Part shown: positions 1-9,923 of the stretch, one piece after another | Layout of the letters: each line of letters begins with the position of its first letter | Numbering within the stretch: the stretch's first letter is position 1 | Origin: Bacteroidaceae bacterium | GTDB lineage: Bacteria; Bacteroidota; Bacteroidia; Bacteroidales; Bacteroidaceae | Direction: 5' to 3' | NCBI GenBank assembly: GCA_017617335.1 | Contig: JAFZWK010000034.1 | Coordinates: 6,774 to 70,773 of the forward strand | DNA length: 64,000 nt | The notes under the pieces: model-generated | The model's input: the letters and a program-made list of their open reading frames with translations, nothing else | Told to the model about the DNA's origin: nothing | Database searches by the model: none | Made by a program: the position numbers and the translations under genes

Positions 1-853
1 ATCTCTAAATCCTGGGACAGGATACAAGGTGGACATGAAGAAGGCAACTGATATCACCCTACGTGGTAATCTTTTTAACCCCAACGAGGAAATCAGTCTA
101 AATGAGGGATGGAACTGGATAGGATTCCCACTATATAATAGCACCAATCTGGAAACCGCATTAGAGAACTATACGGCAACAGAAGGTGATATGATTATTG
201 GATTGGAAGGAATAGCCACCTATGAAGAAGGTATTTGGGGAGGTACTCTGACTTCGTTGGAACCAGGACAAAGTTATTTGTTACATACAGCAAACACCCA
301 GAACTTCACTTGGAACTCGCTAAGTAAAGCATCTGTAAAGAATCGTCGCTACATAGCACCAAACAAAGCACGTGAAGACTCTCCTTGGATGATGGATATA
401 CATGCATATCCCAATGTAATGGGTCTGATAGCCCGTCTGGAAATCGATGGCGAAGAGGCTATGGAAAACAGTTATGTTTTAGGAGCCTTCGCAGAAGATG
501 GTGTGTGCCGTGGAATAGCAACTTTAGAAGATGGTAGGCTCTACATGAACATTCATGGTGAAGGTAGCGAGACCATAGAGTTCCGTCTTATGGATGCTAA
601 TGGTCAGACATTCAATATTGATCAGAAATTTGTATTTATCTCACAAAATCTCTTGGGTTCTCGACAAACTCCACAATTACTGACTATTGGAGGAAATAAT
701 TCTGGCGTTCTGAATAACATCGCACTCAACAGCAAGTTGGTAAGAGTAGAATATTACAATTTGGCAGGACAAAGATTGGCTCGTCCCGTAGGTATCTGTA
801 TCCAAAAGAACATCTACGAAGGAGGCAAGACTATTGTTAAGAAGATTTTCTAA
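1..853 (+). CDS. 3' part of a secreted protein with a T9SS (Por) type-A C-terminal sorting domain; 5' end lies outside the window
   Basis: Frame 2 has no stop from nt 2 up to the ATG at 29, so the listed Met is probably internal. The C-terminus ...VRVEYYNLAGQRLARPVGICIQKNIYEGGKTIVKKIF has the usual Bacteroidota CTD pattern (Y-x-L-x-G-Q/R ... G-I/V-x-I ... K-I/V-x). Confidence 0.6.
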   Translation, partial: SLNPGTGYKVDMKKATDITLRGNLFNPNEEISLNEGWNWIGFPLYNSTNLETALENYTATEGDMIIGLEGIATYEEGIWGGTLTSLEPGQSYLLHTANTQNFTWNSLSKASVKNRRYIAPNKAREDSPWMMDIHAYPNVMGLIARLEIDGEEAMENSYVLGAFAEDGVCRGIATLEDGRLYMNIHGEGSETIEFRLMDANGQTFNIDQKFVFISQNLLGSRQTPQLLTIGGNNSGVLNNIALNSKLVRVEYYNLAGQRLARPVGICIQKNIYEGGKTIVKKIF

Positions 854-921
854 GACAAACCTGATGTGATAAGGTCTGATGTGGGAAGAGGTTTATCAAA
901 TCTCTTTATAAAGAATCCCCT

Positions 922-2124
922 TTATGCTGATTTGACAAATCGATTGACTACAACTGCACATGATGCATCACCAGTGACACTCATTGTTGTTCGTGCCATA
1001 TCGACTACACGATCCACTCCAGCCGCAATGGCAACACCCTCAACAGGAATGCCAGCAGAAGCGAAGACCATTACCATCAACGCCAATGAGCCACCAGGAA
1101 TTCCTGGAGTACCTATGGAAGCAATAGTCGCAGAAAGTGCAATGGCAAAATACTGAGACATAGTAAGATCGATACCACAACAATTAGCTATGAAGACTGC
1201 AGTAACACCTAAATAGATGGCTACCCCATCCATATTAATAGTGGCACCAAGTGAAAGCACAAAATTGCCCAAATCACGTGGAACACCTAAACGTTCTGTA
1301 CATTGCATCGTGACAGGTAAAGTGGCCACAGAGGAATCGCTGGAAAATGCAAAAAGCATGGCGGGAGACATACCACGTAGGAAACGAATGGGATTCATTC
1401 GAGCCAACAGCCAGACGCAGGGAATATAAACAATGAGGACATGGAGGAAGAAACAAAAATAATCTGTCCCCACAAGAACTGCATAAGAACCTAAAATAGC
1501 AGGACCATTAACAGCCACCACAGGAGTAAGCATGCAAAAAACTCCAATGGGAGTGAGTAACATGATGTAGGAAAGAATCTTGGTAACAACCTCATTAAGC
1601 TCCATTATCAAGTCAGCTACATGTTTAGCTCGTTGACCACACTGGGCAATAGCGAATCCAAAAAGCAATGCCATTACGATTACTTGAATCATCGTGGTAC
1701 TAGCCAATGGTTCAATGACATTGCGAGGTACCATATTAACTAATTGGTCCATGATGGTAACATTAACCAAGTCAGGTATCCCAGAAGCATCAAACGGCAT
1801 CTGTATGACTGGGAACAAGGGACGCAAAAAAGAAGATACCACAAGACCCAAACAAGATGCTAAGATGGTGGTAAAAGCAAAATAAAGAAGTGTACGGACA
1901 GCTATGTGACCAATCTGTGATGTATCACGCATGGAAATGATACCACATATGATGGAAAACATGACAAGAGGCACGACAATAAACTTGAGCAGATTGAGGA
2001 AGATATCGCCCAAGGGACGTATATATCGGACGGCAAACTCAGTGTTCCCCTGAAGAAGATATCCTGCAAGAATGGCAAGAAGGAGAGCCAAGAATATCTG
2101 ACTGGTGAAGGAGATACGCTTCAT
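922..2124 (-). CDS. dicarboxylate/amino acid:cation symporter (DAACS/SLC1 family, GltP/SstT-like)
   Basis: Multi-TM protein with the family motifs SSDSSVATLP and GATINMDGVAIY. The track start at 2130 is TTG; the first ATG is at 2124 (MKRISF...). The gene lies 12 nt downstream of dnaB on the same strand. Confidence 0.85.
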   Translation of the reverse strand: MKRISFTSQIFLALLLAILAGYLLQGNTEFAVRYIRPLGDIFLNLLKFIVVPLVMFSIICGIISMRDTSQIGHIAVRTLLYFAFTTILASCLGLVVSSFLRPLFPVIQMPFDASGIPDLVNVTIMDQLVNMVPRNVIEPLASTTMIQVIVMALLFGFAIAQCGQRAKHVADLIMELNEVVTKILSYIMLLTPIGVFCMLTPVVAVNGPAILGSYAVLVGTDYFCFFLHVLIVYIPCVWLLARMNPIRFLRGMSPAMLFAFSSDSSVATLPVTMQCTERLGVPRDLGNFVLSLGATINMDGVAIYLGVTAVFIANCCGIDLTMSQYFAIALSATIASIGTPGIPGGSLALMVMVFASAGIPVEGVAIAAGVDRVVDMARTTMSVTGDASCAVVVNRFVKSA

Positions 2125-2142
2125 CCGCAAAAGAATTGGAAA

Positions 2143-3714
2143 TTAGAAAGGAACTGACCCGTCGTTATCATTTGAGTTGGGAATAAAAGGATCTGGAAGA
2201 TGGTCAGCAAGTTCGTGAGCTGAAGCTAGTTCTTCAGGAGAGGGATTGGACACAAAAGTTCCACCACCCATTCCGCTCACAAGTGTTTCACCTGGGAGAG
2301 GAATACGATCGTCTGGATCTTGGAAACGTGCCAACTCACTACGGAACTCTAACAGAATCTCTCCCACTGAACCATTACGGTGCTTGGCAATAATAAACTC
2401 TGCTTTGCCTCGCATATCACGCCCCTTCTCATCCTGATAAAGATGATAGTACTCAGGACGATGAATAAAACATACGATATCAGCATCCTGCTCGATGGCT
2501 CCAGACTCACGAAGGTCACTCAGCTGTGGACGCTTCCCTTCATATCCTTCACGTCCCTCTACACCACGGTTCAACTGACTCAGAGCAATGACAGGAATAT
2601 CAAGTTCCTTAGCTAATCCCTTGAGAGAACGGGAGATAGTGGATACTTCTTCCTGACGGCTATTGATATTCATTCCGCTGGCATTCATCAGCTGAAGGTA
2701 GTCAATCATGATACATTTGACATTATGCTCACGAACCAAACGTCGAGCCTTGGTACGCAACTCAAACGTTGACAAGCTAGGTGTATCATCCACATAGATA
2801 GGGGCATCTATCAGATAGTTGACACGTGAGTCTAATTGAGCCCACTCGTGAGGAGCCAAACGTCCACTACGGAGTTTCTCGCCAGAAATCTCACACACAT
2901 TGATCATCAAACGCTGAACGAGTTGCTCGTTACTCATTTCCAAGGAAAAGAGAGCAACAGGAATCTTAGCATCTATCGCCATCTTTTTAACCATGGAGAT
3001 AACAAACGCCGTTTTTCCCATCGCAGGTCGGGCTGCAATAATGATAAGGTCACTATTCTGCCATCCGTTTGTAATCTTGTCTAGCTTATCGAATCCTGTA
3101 CCCAAACCACTTAAGCCGTCTGTTCGCGCTGCGGCATTACGAAGATTCTCATATACCTTATCAATAACAGGATTTATCTGAGTGTAATCCTTGTTATGGT
3201 TGTTCTGAGATATTGAGAAAATCTCACTTTCAGTCTCCTGCAACAAATCAGCAACATCCTTAGAAGGATCAAAGGCACCATTCAAAACAGTACTTCCAAA
3301 AGTAATTAATTGACGGGCAATATATTTTTGTTTAATAACATTAGCGTGATAAACGATATGAGCGCTGCTGGATACCATTGCACTGAGCTGCATGATATAC
3401 GGATTGCCGCCTGCTTCCTCAAGAGATTCCATCTTCTCAAGTTCATCAGAAACAGTAATTATATCAACTGGTTTCTGCTCGATATTAAGAGTCTGGATAG
3501 CTTGATAGATAAGCTGATGACGATGATCATAGAAACTCTTAGGGTTTAGAATTTCACTAACCTGCGAGAATGCATCTTGTTCTACCATGAGAGCACCCAA
3601 AACAGCCGCCTCTGACTCCAGATTCTGAGGTTGCTTGCGTCCAAGTTGGTCTACACTGGGAACTTCCACTATCTTTGTTTTGGAAGAACGTCTTCCTCCT
3701 TTAGGTTCAGGCAT
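2143..3714 (-). CDS. dnaB: replicative DNA helicase DnaB
   Basis: Walker A AARPAMGKT, Walker B IMIDYLQLM, and the SQLNR and ESGAIEQDAD motifs. N- and C-terminal extensions as in Bacteroidales DnaB. ATG start verified. Confidence 0.95.
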   Translation of the reverse strand: MPEPKGGRRSSKTKIVEVPSVDQLGRKQPQNLESEAAVLGALMVEQDAFSQVSEILNPKSFYDHRHQLIYQAIQTLNIEQKPVDIITVSDELEKMESLEEAGGNPYIMQLSAMVSSSAHIVYHANVIKQKYIARQLITFGSTVLNGAFDPSKDVADLLQETESEIFSISQNNHNKDYTQINPVIDKVYENLRNAAARTDGLSGLGTGFDKLDKITNGWQNSDLIIIAARPAMGKTAFVISMVKKMAIDAKIPVALFSLEMSNEQLVQRLMINVCEISGEKLRSGRLAPHEWAQLDSRVNYLIDAPIYVDDTPSLSTFELRTKARRLVREHNVKCIMIDYLQLMNASGMNINSRQEEVSTISRSLKGLAKELDIPVIALSQLNRGVEGREGYEGKRPQLSDLRESGAIEQDADIVCFIHRPEYYHLYQDEKGRDMRGKAEFIIAKHRNGSVGEILLEFRSELARFQDPDDRIPLPGETLVSGMGGGTFVSNPSPEELASAHELADHLPDPFIPNSNDNDGSVPF

Positions 3715-3761
3715 ACAATATTTGGTGTGTTGTCGTTAAACTTTTATGCAAATTCAGGATA

Positions 3762-3769
3762 CAAAGTTA
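3762..3769 (-). promoter_or_regulatory. Bacteroidota -7 promoter box (TAnnTTTG) for dnaB
   Basis: Minus-strand TAACTTTG, 48 nt upstream of the dnaB ATG. Confidence 0.45.
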
Positions 3770-3853
3770 AATATAAATGTTGAAAGAAGAAATAAAGAAA
3801 CATATTTTTATTCTAAAAAAAGCGAGATATTTTGAAGCGTCATTTTTTATATA

Positions 3854-3861
3854 TAACTTTG
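3854..3861 (+). promoter_or_regulatory. -7 promoter box for ettA
   Basis: TAACTTTG, 129 nt upstream of the ettA ATG. It is divergent from the dnaB box. Confidence 0.4.
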
Positions 3862-3989
3862 TGCTCTATAAAAAAGTATCTCATCTGTAACCATTTTCCT
3901 CTTCGCAACATCACTGGCAATAGCAACAATGCTCCAAGCTGTCAAACCAAATAAAATAGAATATGAACTAACTAACGATGATATAAATT

Positions 3990-5687
3990 ATGGCAACAAT
4001 TGACGATAAGAAAATCATTTTCTCGATGGTCGGCGTAAGCAAGGTCATTCAGCAGAGTCAAAAACAAGTACTGAAAAACATCTATCTGAGTTTCTTCTAT
4101 GGTGCCAAGATTGGTATCGTGGGTATGAATGGTGCAGGTAAATCTACCCTAATGAAAATCATTGCCGGTTTAGACCAGCAATACCAAGGCCATGTAGTGT
4201 GGAGTCCAGGATACAGCGTGGGATACTTGGAGCAAGAACCTTATCTCGACGATGAGAAAACGGTACTGGACATAGTAAAGGAAGGAGTTCAACCTATTGT
4301 GGATGCTTTGACAGAATACGAGGAAATCAATCAAAAATTTGGTTTGCCTGAATATTACGAGAACGAGGATAAGATGAATGCACTCTTTACCCGCCAGGGA
4401 GAATTGCAAGACATCATCGACAGTACAGATGCCTGGAATCTCGACAGTAAGTTGGAAAGGGCAATGGATGCATTGCGTTGTCCTCCTAAGGATCAACAAG
4501 TAAAGTTCCTGAGTGGTGGAGAGCGACGTCGCGTGGCATTATGTCGACTCTTGTTGCAGAAACCTGATGTGCTACTTTTAGACGAACCTACCAACCATTT
4601 GGACGCAGAAAGCATTGATTGGTTAGAGCAGCATCTAAACCAATACGAAGGAACTGTCATTGCTGTAACACATGACCGTTATTTCCTGGATGACGTGGCT
4701 GGATGGATTCTGGAACTGGATCGTGGTGAAGGAATTCCTTGGCAGGGGAACTATTCAAGTTGGCTGGAACAGAAAACAACACGCATGGCACAAGAGGAGA
4801 AAGTGGCAAGCAAACGCCGAAAGACGCTTGAGCGTGAGTTGGAATGGGTTCACATGTCTCCCAAGGCTCGTCAGGCCAAAGGTAAAGCTCGTTTGAACAG
4901 TTATGATAAAATGATGAACGAGGAGCAAAAGGAGAGAGAGGAAAAAGTGGAGATTTACATTCCCAATGGCCCTCGCTTGGGCAATAAGGTCATCGAAGCT
5001 CACGGAGTCTGCAAGGCTTATGGAGACAAGGTTTTGATCAAAAATCTCGACTTCATGTTGCCACCCAATGGCATTGTTGGTGTGATTGGACCCAACGGAG
5101 CAGGAAAAACAACTCTCTTCCGTATGATTATGGGGGTAGAGAAGCCTGATGCTGGAACTTTCGAGGTCGGCGAGACTGTAAAACTTTCATATGTGGATCA
5201 GAGCCATGAAGACATCAAGGCTGACGAGAGTGTGTATCAAGTTATCAGTCAAGGCAATGAGACGATTCGCATGGGAGGTAGGGATATCAACTGTCGAGCA
5301 TATTTGAGTCGCTTTAACTTCAGTGGGGCAGATCAGGAGAAGAAATGCGGAGTCCTTTCTGGTGGTGAACGAAATCGTCTGCATCTGGCTATGGCTTTGA
5401 AGCAAGAGGGAAATGTGCTGTTGCTTGATGAGCCTACAAATGATATCGACGTAAATACACTTCGAGCACTGGAAGAGGGTTTGGAAAACTTCGCAGGATG
5501 TGCTGTTGTCATCAGTCATGACCGTTGGTTCTTGGATCGTATATGCACTCATATCCTTGCTTACGAGGGAGATGGCAACATATTCTACTACGAAGGCTCC
5601 TACACGGATTACGAGGCCAACAAACTAAAACGCTTAGGACTGGAGGAACCGCGCCGTATCAAGTACAGGAAACTGACAGATGATTAA
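3990..5687 (+). CDS. ettA: energy-dependent translational throttle ABC-F ATPase EttA
   Basis: Two ABC cassettes (GMNGAGKST / LSGGERRR / LLLDEPTNHLD and GPNGAGKTT / LSGGERNR / LLLDEPTNDID). The N-terminus aligns by eye with E. coli EttA ([27 protein letters not shown]). Confidence 0.95.
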   Translation: MATIDDKKIIFSMVGVSKVIQQSQKQVLKNIYLSFFYGAKIGIVGMNGAGKSTLMKIIAGLDQQYQGHVVWSPGYSVGYLEQEPYLDDEKTVLDIVKEGVQPIVDALTEYEEINQKFGLPEYYENEDKMNALFTRQGELQDIIDSTDAWNLDSKLERAMDALRCPPKDQQVKFLSGGERRRVALCRLLLQKPDVLLLDEPTNHLDAESIDWLEQHLNQYEGTVIAVTHDRYFLDDVAGWILELDRGEGIPWQGNYSSWLEQKTTRMAQEEKVASKRRKTLERELEWVHMSPKARQAKGKARLNSYDKMMNEEQKEREEKVEIYIPNGPRLGNKVIEAHGVCKAYGDKVLIKNLDFMLPPNGIVGVIGPNGAGKTTLFRMIMGVEKPDAGTFEVGETVKLSYVDQSHEDIKADESVYQVISQGNETIRMGGRDINCRAYLSRFNFSGADQEKKCGVLSGGERNRLHLAMALKQEGNVLLLDEPTNDIDVNTLRALEEGLENFAGCAVVISHDRWFLDRICTHILAYEGDGNIFYYEGSYTDYEANKLKRLGLEEPRRIKYRKLTDD

Positions 5688-6558
5688 GCGAATGAGTACT
5701 GACAGATATAAAACAATCATCAAAGACCAAGAATTTGGTGGTGAGAGACCCTTGTATACCCTACATGATGCGCGGCTTGAGAATGTGACCATTCATGTGG
5801 GCGAATCAAGCATCAAGGAATCTGGAAACATAAAAGCTGAGAAATGCACTTTCGAAGGGAAATATGTTTTCTGGGAATGTAGTGGATTCAAGGTGAAAGA
5901 TTGCTTATTCCGTGAAACAGCACGATCATCTCTTTGGTACAGCAACGACGTCGAGATGAAGGATTGCCGAGTGGAAGCTCCCAAAATGTTTCGACGGATG
6001 AAAGGAATCAAAATAGACAACTGCCTGTTCACCAATGCTGAAGAGACTCTATGGGACTGCGATGAGGTGGAAATACGGAACAGCCGCATTGACAACGCTG
6101 ACTACCTGGGAATGCATACCAATAACGTGCTTTTAGAAAACTATCTCCAAAATGGAAATTATTCTTTCCAGTACTCTAAGAATCTGACAATACGAAACAG
6201 TATCCTGAACTCAAAAGACAGCTTGTGGGAAAGTGAGAACGTGACGGTCATAGATAGCGAGATAAATGGTGAGTATCTGGCTTGGTACAGCAAAAACCTA
6301 CGCTTAATCCGTTGCCACATTACTGGAGAACAACCTCTCTGCTATTGCAAGAATCTATATATGGAAGATTGCACAATGGGCGAGGATGCTAATCTCGCAT
6401 TCGAGTATAGCAGCATCAATGCGATTTTAAAGGGACACGTTCACAGCATCAAGAATCCAACGACTGGAAAGATCGTAGTGGAAAGCGTGGGCGAAATCAT
6501 CATTGACAAGAATCAGAAGGCCCCTGCCAACTGTATCATCAAGGTACTGAAGAAATAA
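5680..6558 (+). CDS. DUF3737-like right-handed beta-helix protein
   Basis: 292 aa made of repeated ~22-aa beta-helix-like units (NVTIH.., KDCLF.., KDCRV.., DNCLF.., RNSRI.., RNSIL.., IDSEI.., IRCHI.., EDCTM). The ATG overlaps the ettA stop by 8 nt; an alternative ATG is at 5692. Confidence 0.65.
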   Translation: MIKRMSTDRYKTIIKDQEFGGERPLYTLHDARLENVTIHVGESSIKESGNIKAEKCTFEGKYVFWECSGFKVKDCLFRETARSSLWYSNDVEMKDCRVEAPKMFRRMKGIKIDNCLFTNAEETLWDCDEVEIRNSRIDNADYLGMHTNNVLLENYLQNGNYSFQYSKNLTIRNSILNSKDSLWESENVTVIDSEINGEYLAWYSKNLRLIRCHITGEQPLCYCKNLYMEDCTMGEDANLAFEYSSINAILKGHVHSIKNPTTGKIVVESVGEIIIDKNQKAPANCIIKVLKK

Positions 6559-6563
6559 GTAGC

Positions 6564-7718
6564 ATGACATTCGACAAAAATACAGAAAGGAAAGGAACAG
6601 GAAGCCTAAAGTGGGACGAAAACTCTGACATAGAATATCCACTTTGGGTTGCCGATATGGATTTCGAGGTGGCGCCTTCCATCAAGGAAGCTTTGGAACG
6701 ACGGGTTCAACATGGTATTTTCGGATACGTCATACCCACAAACGGTTTTTATGAGAGTATCATAAATTGGCACCTCAGACGACACCATGCAGCATACAAG
6801 CGAGAGTGGATAATCACCGTGCCTGGTGTTGTGCCTGCCATAAGTAGTATCCTTCGTGCGCTGACAAAACCAGGTGATGGCGTACTGACTCTGTCACCAG
6901 TATACAACTGTTTCTACAGCAGCATCCGTAACCTTCAGTGCAGAGCCGAAGAATCCGCTCTGCTCCAGGTGGGCGACACCTATACGATAGACTTCGAGGA
7001 CTTGAAGAGTCGAGCCGAGAAAGCAGACACAAAGGTATTGTTGCTTTGCTCACCACACAATCCCTCAGGAAGAGTCTGGACTAAAGAGGAACTTCAAAAT
7101 ATTGGCGATATATGCTTGAAAAACAACGTATTTGTTGTTTCCGATGAAATACATTGCGAACTTATCATGCCAGGCCGCGAATTCGTATCGTATGCCACTT
7201 TGGGTGAAGCCTATACACAGCAAGCATGTATCTGCACGAGTGCAAGCAAAAGTTTCAACATAGCAGGATTGCAGAATGCCCAGATTGTTTGTTCCAATGA
7301 AAAATATCGTAAACTTATTGATCGTGCGGTCAACATTCACGAGGTGTGTGACGTTAATCCCTTCGGCATCGTGGCTACTGAGGCAGCCTACAATGGTGGA
7401 GAAGAATGGCTGGAGGAACTCTGTCGATACATCTGGAAGAACTATCAGGATGCTAAGGATTACATCGAGCGGGAGATCCCTAAGCTAAAGGTCATCAAGC
7501 TGGAAGGGACCTATCTGATGTGGGTTGACATTCGTGCACTCAACATCTCGGACAGTACGTTCTGCGAGGGACTGCGTGCAAAAGAAAGCGTATGGCTGGC
7601 TGAAGGCTCTCATTACGGAAAGGGAGGCGAAGGGTTTGTTCGCATCAACTTAGCCACACAGCACCAAAACGTCATGATTGCCCTCAAGAAACTGAAGCAT
7701 TATATTGACTCCCTCTGA
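6564..7718 (+). CDS. PLP-dependent C-S lyase (MalY/PatB-type cystathionine beta-lyase, aminotransferase class I/II)
   Basis: 384 aa. N-terminal RKGTGSLKWD, CSPHNPSGRVW and SASKSFNIAG (PLP lysine) are typical of the MalY/PatB family. Confidence 0.85.
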   Translation: MTFDKNTERKGTGSLKWDENSDIEYPLWVADMDFEVAPSIKEALERRVQHGIFGYVIPTNGFYESIINWHLRRHHAAYKREWIITVPGVVPAISSILRALTKPGDGVLTLSPVYNCFYSSIRNLQCRAEESALLQVGDTYTIDFEDLKSRAEKADTKVLLLCSPHNPSGRVWTKEELQNIGDICLKNNVFVVSDEIHCELIMPGREFVSYATLGEAYTQQACICTSASKSFNIAGLQNAQIVCSNEKYRKLIDRAVNIHEVCDVNPFGIVATEAAYNGGEEWLEELCRYIWKNYQDAKDYIEREIPKLKVIKLEGTYLMWVDIRALNISDSTFCEGLRAKESVWLAEGSHYGKGGEGFVRINLATQHQNVMIALKKLKHYIDSL

Positions 7719-9148
7719 TGTCATACACAAAAAACAAGGATCGGCTGCTTTCCCAAATACGCGATGGAGTGAAGATGCTTCCTCGCGACCAGTTAGCACT
7801 TGCTGCCATGCTGAGTGTGCCCTCAATGCTGGCTCAGCTAGTCCACATAATGATGCAGTATATCGATGCCAGCATGGTGGGAAGCTTAGGGGCAGAAGCA
7901 AGCGCAAGCATTGGACTCGTGAGCACCACAATCTGGCTCTTCGGCAGTCTGGGAAGTGCAGCAGGAGTTGGATTCTACGTGCAGGTGGCTCACCGCATAG
8001 GAGCTGGAGAGTGGACAGAAGCTCGACAAATCCTGAGGCAAAGCTTCTTGGCATGCATGATTTTTGCATTCACGCTTACAGCCATCGGACTGGGTATCTG
8101 TTCATTCCTGCCCCAATGGCTGGGTGGAGACGAGAGCATTCAGCACGACTCATCCATCTATTTCATGATTTACGTGCTGTGCATGCCCTTCTCCATTCTG
8201 AACTCATTGACCAGCGGAATGCTTCGATGTAGCGGAAACATGCACATTCCCAGCGTTCTCAACATCTTGGCCTGTGTATTGGATGTCGTCTTCAATTTTC
8301 TACTGATTTTCCCCACTCGAACCATCTGGGGAATCACAGTGCCAGGTGCAGGATTAGGCGTGCCAGGTGCAGCCCTTGGAACCATGCTTGCCTACATAAT
8401 ATGCTCATCGACAATGTGTTACTTCGTCACTGTACAAAGCAGGGAGTTGAACCTCTTTCAGGATCAGGGAACCTTCATACCCCAATTGGATACTTTGAAA
8501 AAAGCCATCAAGATAGCTCTCCCCATGGCTGTGGAACACGTCATCCTGTGTGGCGCCCAAATCGTCAGCACAATCATCGTAGCTCCCCTAGGAACCATTG
8601 CTATCGCGGCAAACAGTTTCGGCATTACGGTGGAAGCGCTATGCTACATGCCTGGATATGGAATAGCAGATGCTGCCACGACGTTGGTAGGACAAAGCCT
8701 GGGAGCAAAACGCAGGAAACTGGCTCGCAGCTTCGGCCAGATCACCGTAAGCATGGGCATAACCATCATGACAATCATGGGAGTGATAATGTTTATTGGA
8801 TCGCCTGCCCTGATGACCCTGATGACACCCGATGCAGGAGTTCAGGAACTTACTGTACAGGTACTCCGTATTGAGGCATTTGCAGAACCCATGTTTGCAG
8901 CAAGCATCGTATGCTATGGCATCTTCGTTGGCGCAGGCGACACCATGATTCCAGCCACCATGAATCTTGCCAGTATATGGACTGTAAGAATCACCCTTGC
9001 CACCATCCTTGCAGGAACATTAGGCTTACGAGGCGTATGGATTGCAATGGCGATAGAACTCTGCTTCCGCGGCATCCTCTTCCTGATTCGCTTCCACGGC
9101 GACAATTGGATGAAGAAGATTCAGGAAGTGACCACAGAGACAGCATAA
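7718..9148 (+). CDS. MATE family efflux transporter
   Basis: 476 aa, about 12 TM segments, MATE-like N-terminal region (LALAAMLSVPSMLAQLVHIMMQYIDASMVGSLG). The start overlaps the preceding stop by 1 nt (TGATG). Confidence 0.85.
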   Translation: MSYTKNKDRLLSQIRDGVKMLPRDQLALAAMLSVPSMLAQLVHIMMQYIDASMVGSLGAEASASIGLVSTTIWLFGSLGSAAGVGFYVQVAHRIGAGEWTEARQILRQSFLACMIFAFTLTAIGLGICSFLPQWLGGDESIQHDSSIYFMIYVLCMPFSILNSLTSGMLRCSGNMHIPSVLNILACVLDVVFNFLLIFPTRTIWGITVPGAGLGVPGAALGTMLAYIICSSTMCYFVTVQSRELNLFQDQGTFIPQLDTLKKAIKIALPMAVEHVILCGAQIVSTIIVAPLGTIAIAANSFGITVEALCYMPGYGIADAATTLVGQSLGAKRRKLARSFGQITVSMGITIMTIMGVIMFIGSPALMTLMTPDAGVQELTVQVLRIEAFAEPMFAASIVCYGIFVGAGDTMIPATMNLASIWTVRITLATILAGTLGLRGVWIAMAIELCFRGILFLIRFHGDNWMKKIQEVTTETA

Positions 9149-9236
9149 TCCGTCCTTCGCAGGCTGTAATACCATGATCAAATCCAGCCACACTCCCAAG
9201 GATTATATGGCTTTTCTCATTAGAATCTCAAACATG

Positions 9237-9324
9237 ACACGTTGAAATCTCAAAGACAACACGTTGAATCGGGCAACTCAACACGTTGAGTTTGCCATCA
9301 CAACACGTTGTGTTTGATTGATTT
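9237..9324 (+). repeat. 22-bp-period tandem array A (4 units, core ACACGTTG)
   Basis: Cores start at 9237, 9259, 9281 and 9303. Units are ACACGTTGAAATCTCAAAGACA / ACACGTTGAATCGGGCAACTCA / ACACGTTGAGTTTGCCATCACA / ACACGTTGTGTTTGATTGATTT. The first core lies 89 nt after the MATE stop; the last core ends 177 nt before the ATG at 9487. Confidence 0.9.
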
Positions 9325-9486
9325 CGTGTATTATTTTGAGGAGCAAAGACGTGTATGTATGTACCCTGACTACAGAAATAATGATAGACTGGAAGAAATT
9401 TGGACAAAAAAAAGAGAGGATTTGTTTGTCAGTTTCGTTATAAAAGGATAAATTTACACCAGAAAAAAAGAAACCCAACGTTTAAA

Positions 9487-9858
9487 ATGCGACAACTATT
9501 CACTATCCTATTTCTTTTGTTGTCGTTCGTTGCTCAGGCGCAACGACAGCAGATTTCGTACATTGAAGAGACAAAGAACTGGTATTATGTCTATGACGAG
9601 AAGGGCAAGATGATTGGTGGGCTCTCGCGCAGTAGCATTGGGGAAATCAAAGGTTGGGGCAGCGACTTCCTTGTGGCAAAGCGATACTCGTTCTATTATA
9701 TCTGTGATGCTAAGGGCAAGACACTGAAAACGTTGAATGTCTCAGACGTGGGTGAGATAGTCGCTGTCACTAACAGTACCATCACCAGCCGACGTGGTAG
9801 CTGGATTATCACGTGGAGTAAGGAGGGGAAAAAGATCAGTGCGAGGACAGCGAATTAG
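9487..9858 (+). CDS. small secreted hypothetical protein with three internal Y-x-x-x-D-x-K-G-K repeats
   Basis: ATG at 9487 gives the signal peptide MRQLFTILFLLLSFVAQAQ. Repeats are YYVYDEKGKMIGG / YYICDAKGKTLKT / IITWSKEGKKISA. The track start at 9400 is non-ATG and lies upstream of a near-consensus -7 box. Confidence 0.5.
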   Translation: MRQLFTILFLLLSFVAQAQRQQISYIEETKNWYYVYDEKGKMIGGLSRSSIGEIKGWGSDFLVAKRYSFYYICDAKGKTLKTLNVSDVGEIVAVTNSTITSRRGSWIITWSKEGKKISARTAN

Positions 9859-9923
9859 AAACGTAAACTTCGATTTTGGAAAAAGCGGAAATTTCTCCAT
9901 CTTCTTACTTTCTTCTGACCGAT

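Noticed and set aside
866-1156. 96-aa plus-strand ORF overlapping the 3' end of the symporter gene
   Set aside because: It is antisense to the well-supported DAACS transporter, and Ala/Thr/Pro-rich as expected from the complement of a membrane-protein gene.
3715-3989. Possible replication origin next to dnaB
   Set aside because: I found no cluster of DnaA boxes (TTATCCACA-like), and no dnaA or dnaN nearby. The AT-rich region is fully explained by two divergent promoters.
7705-8232. 175-aa alternative-frame ORF overlapping the start of the MATE gene, and the 139-aa antisense ORF at 7650..8069
   Set aside because: The MATE frame gives a continuous 12-TM transporter. The alternatives are Arg/Ser/His-rich and lack motifs.
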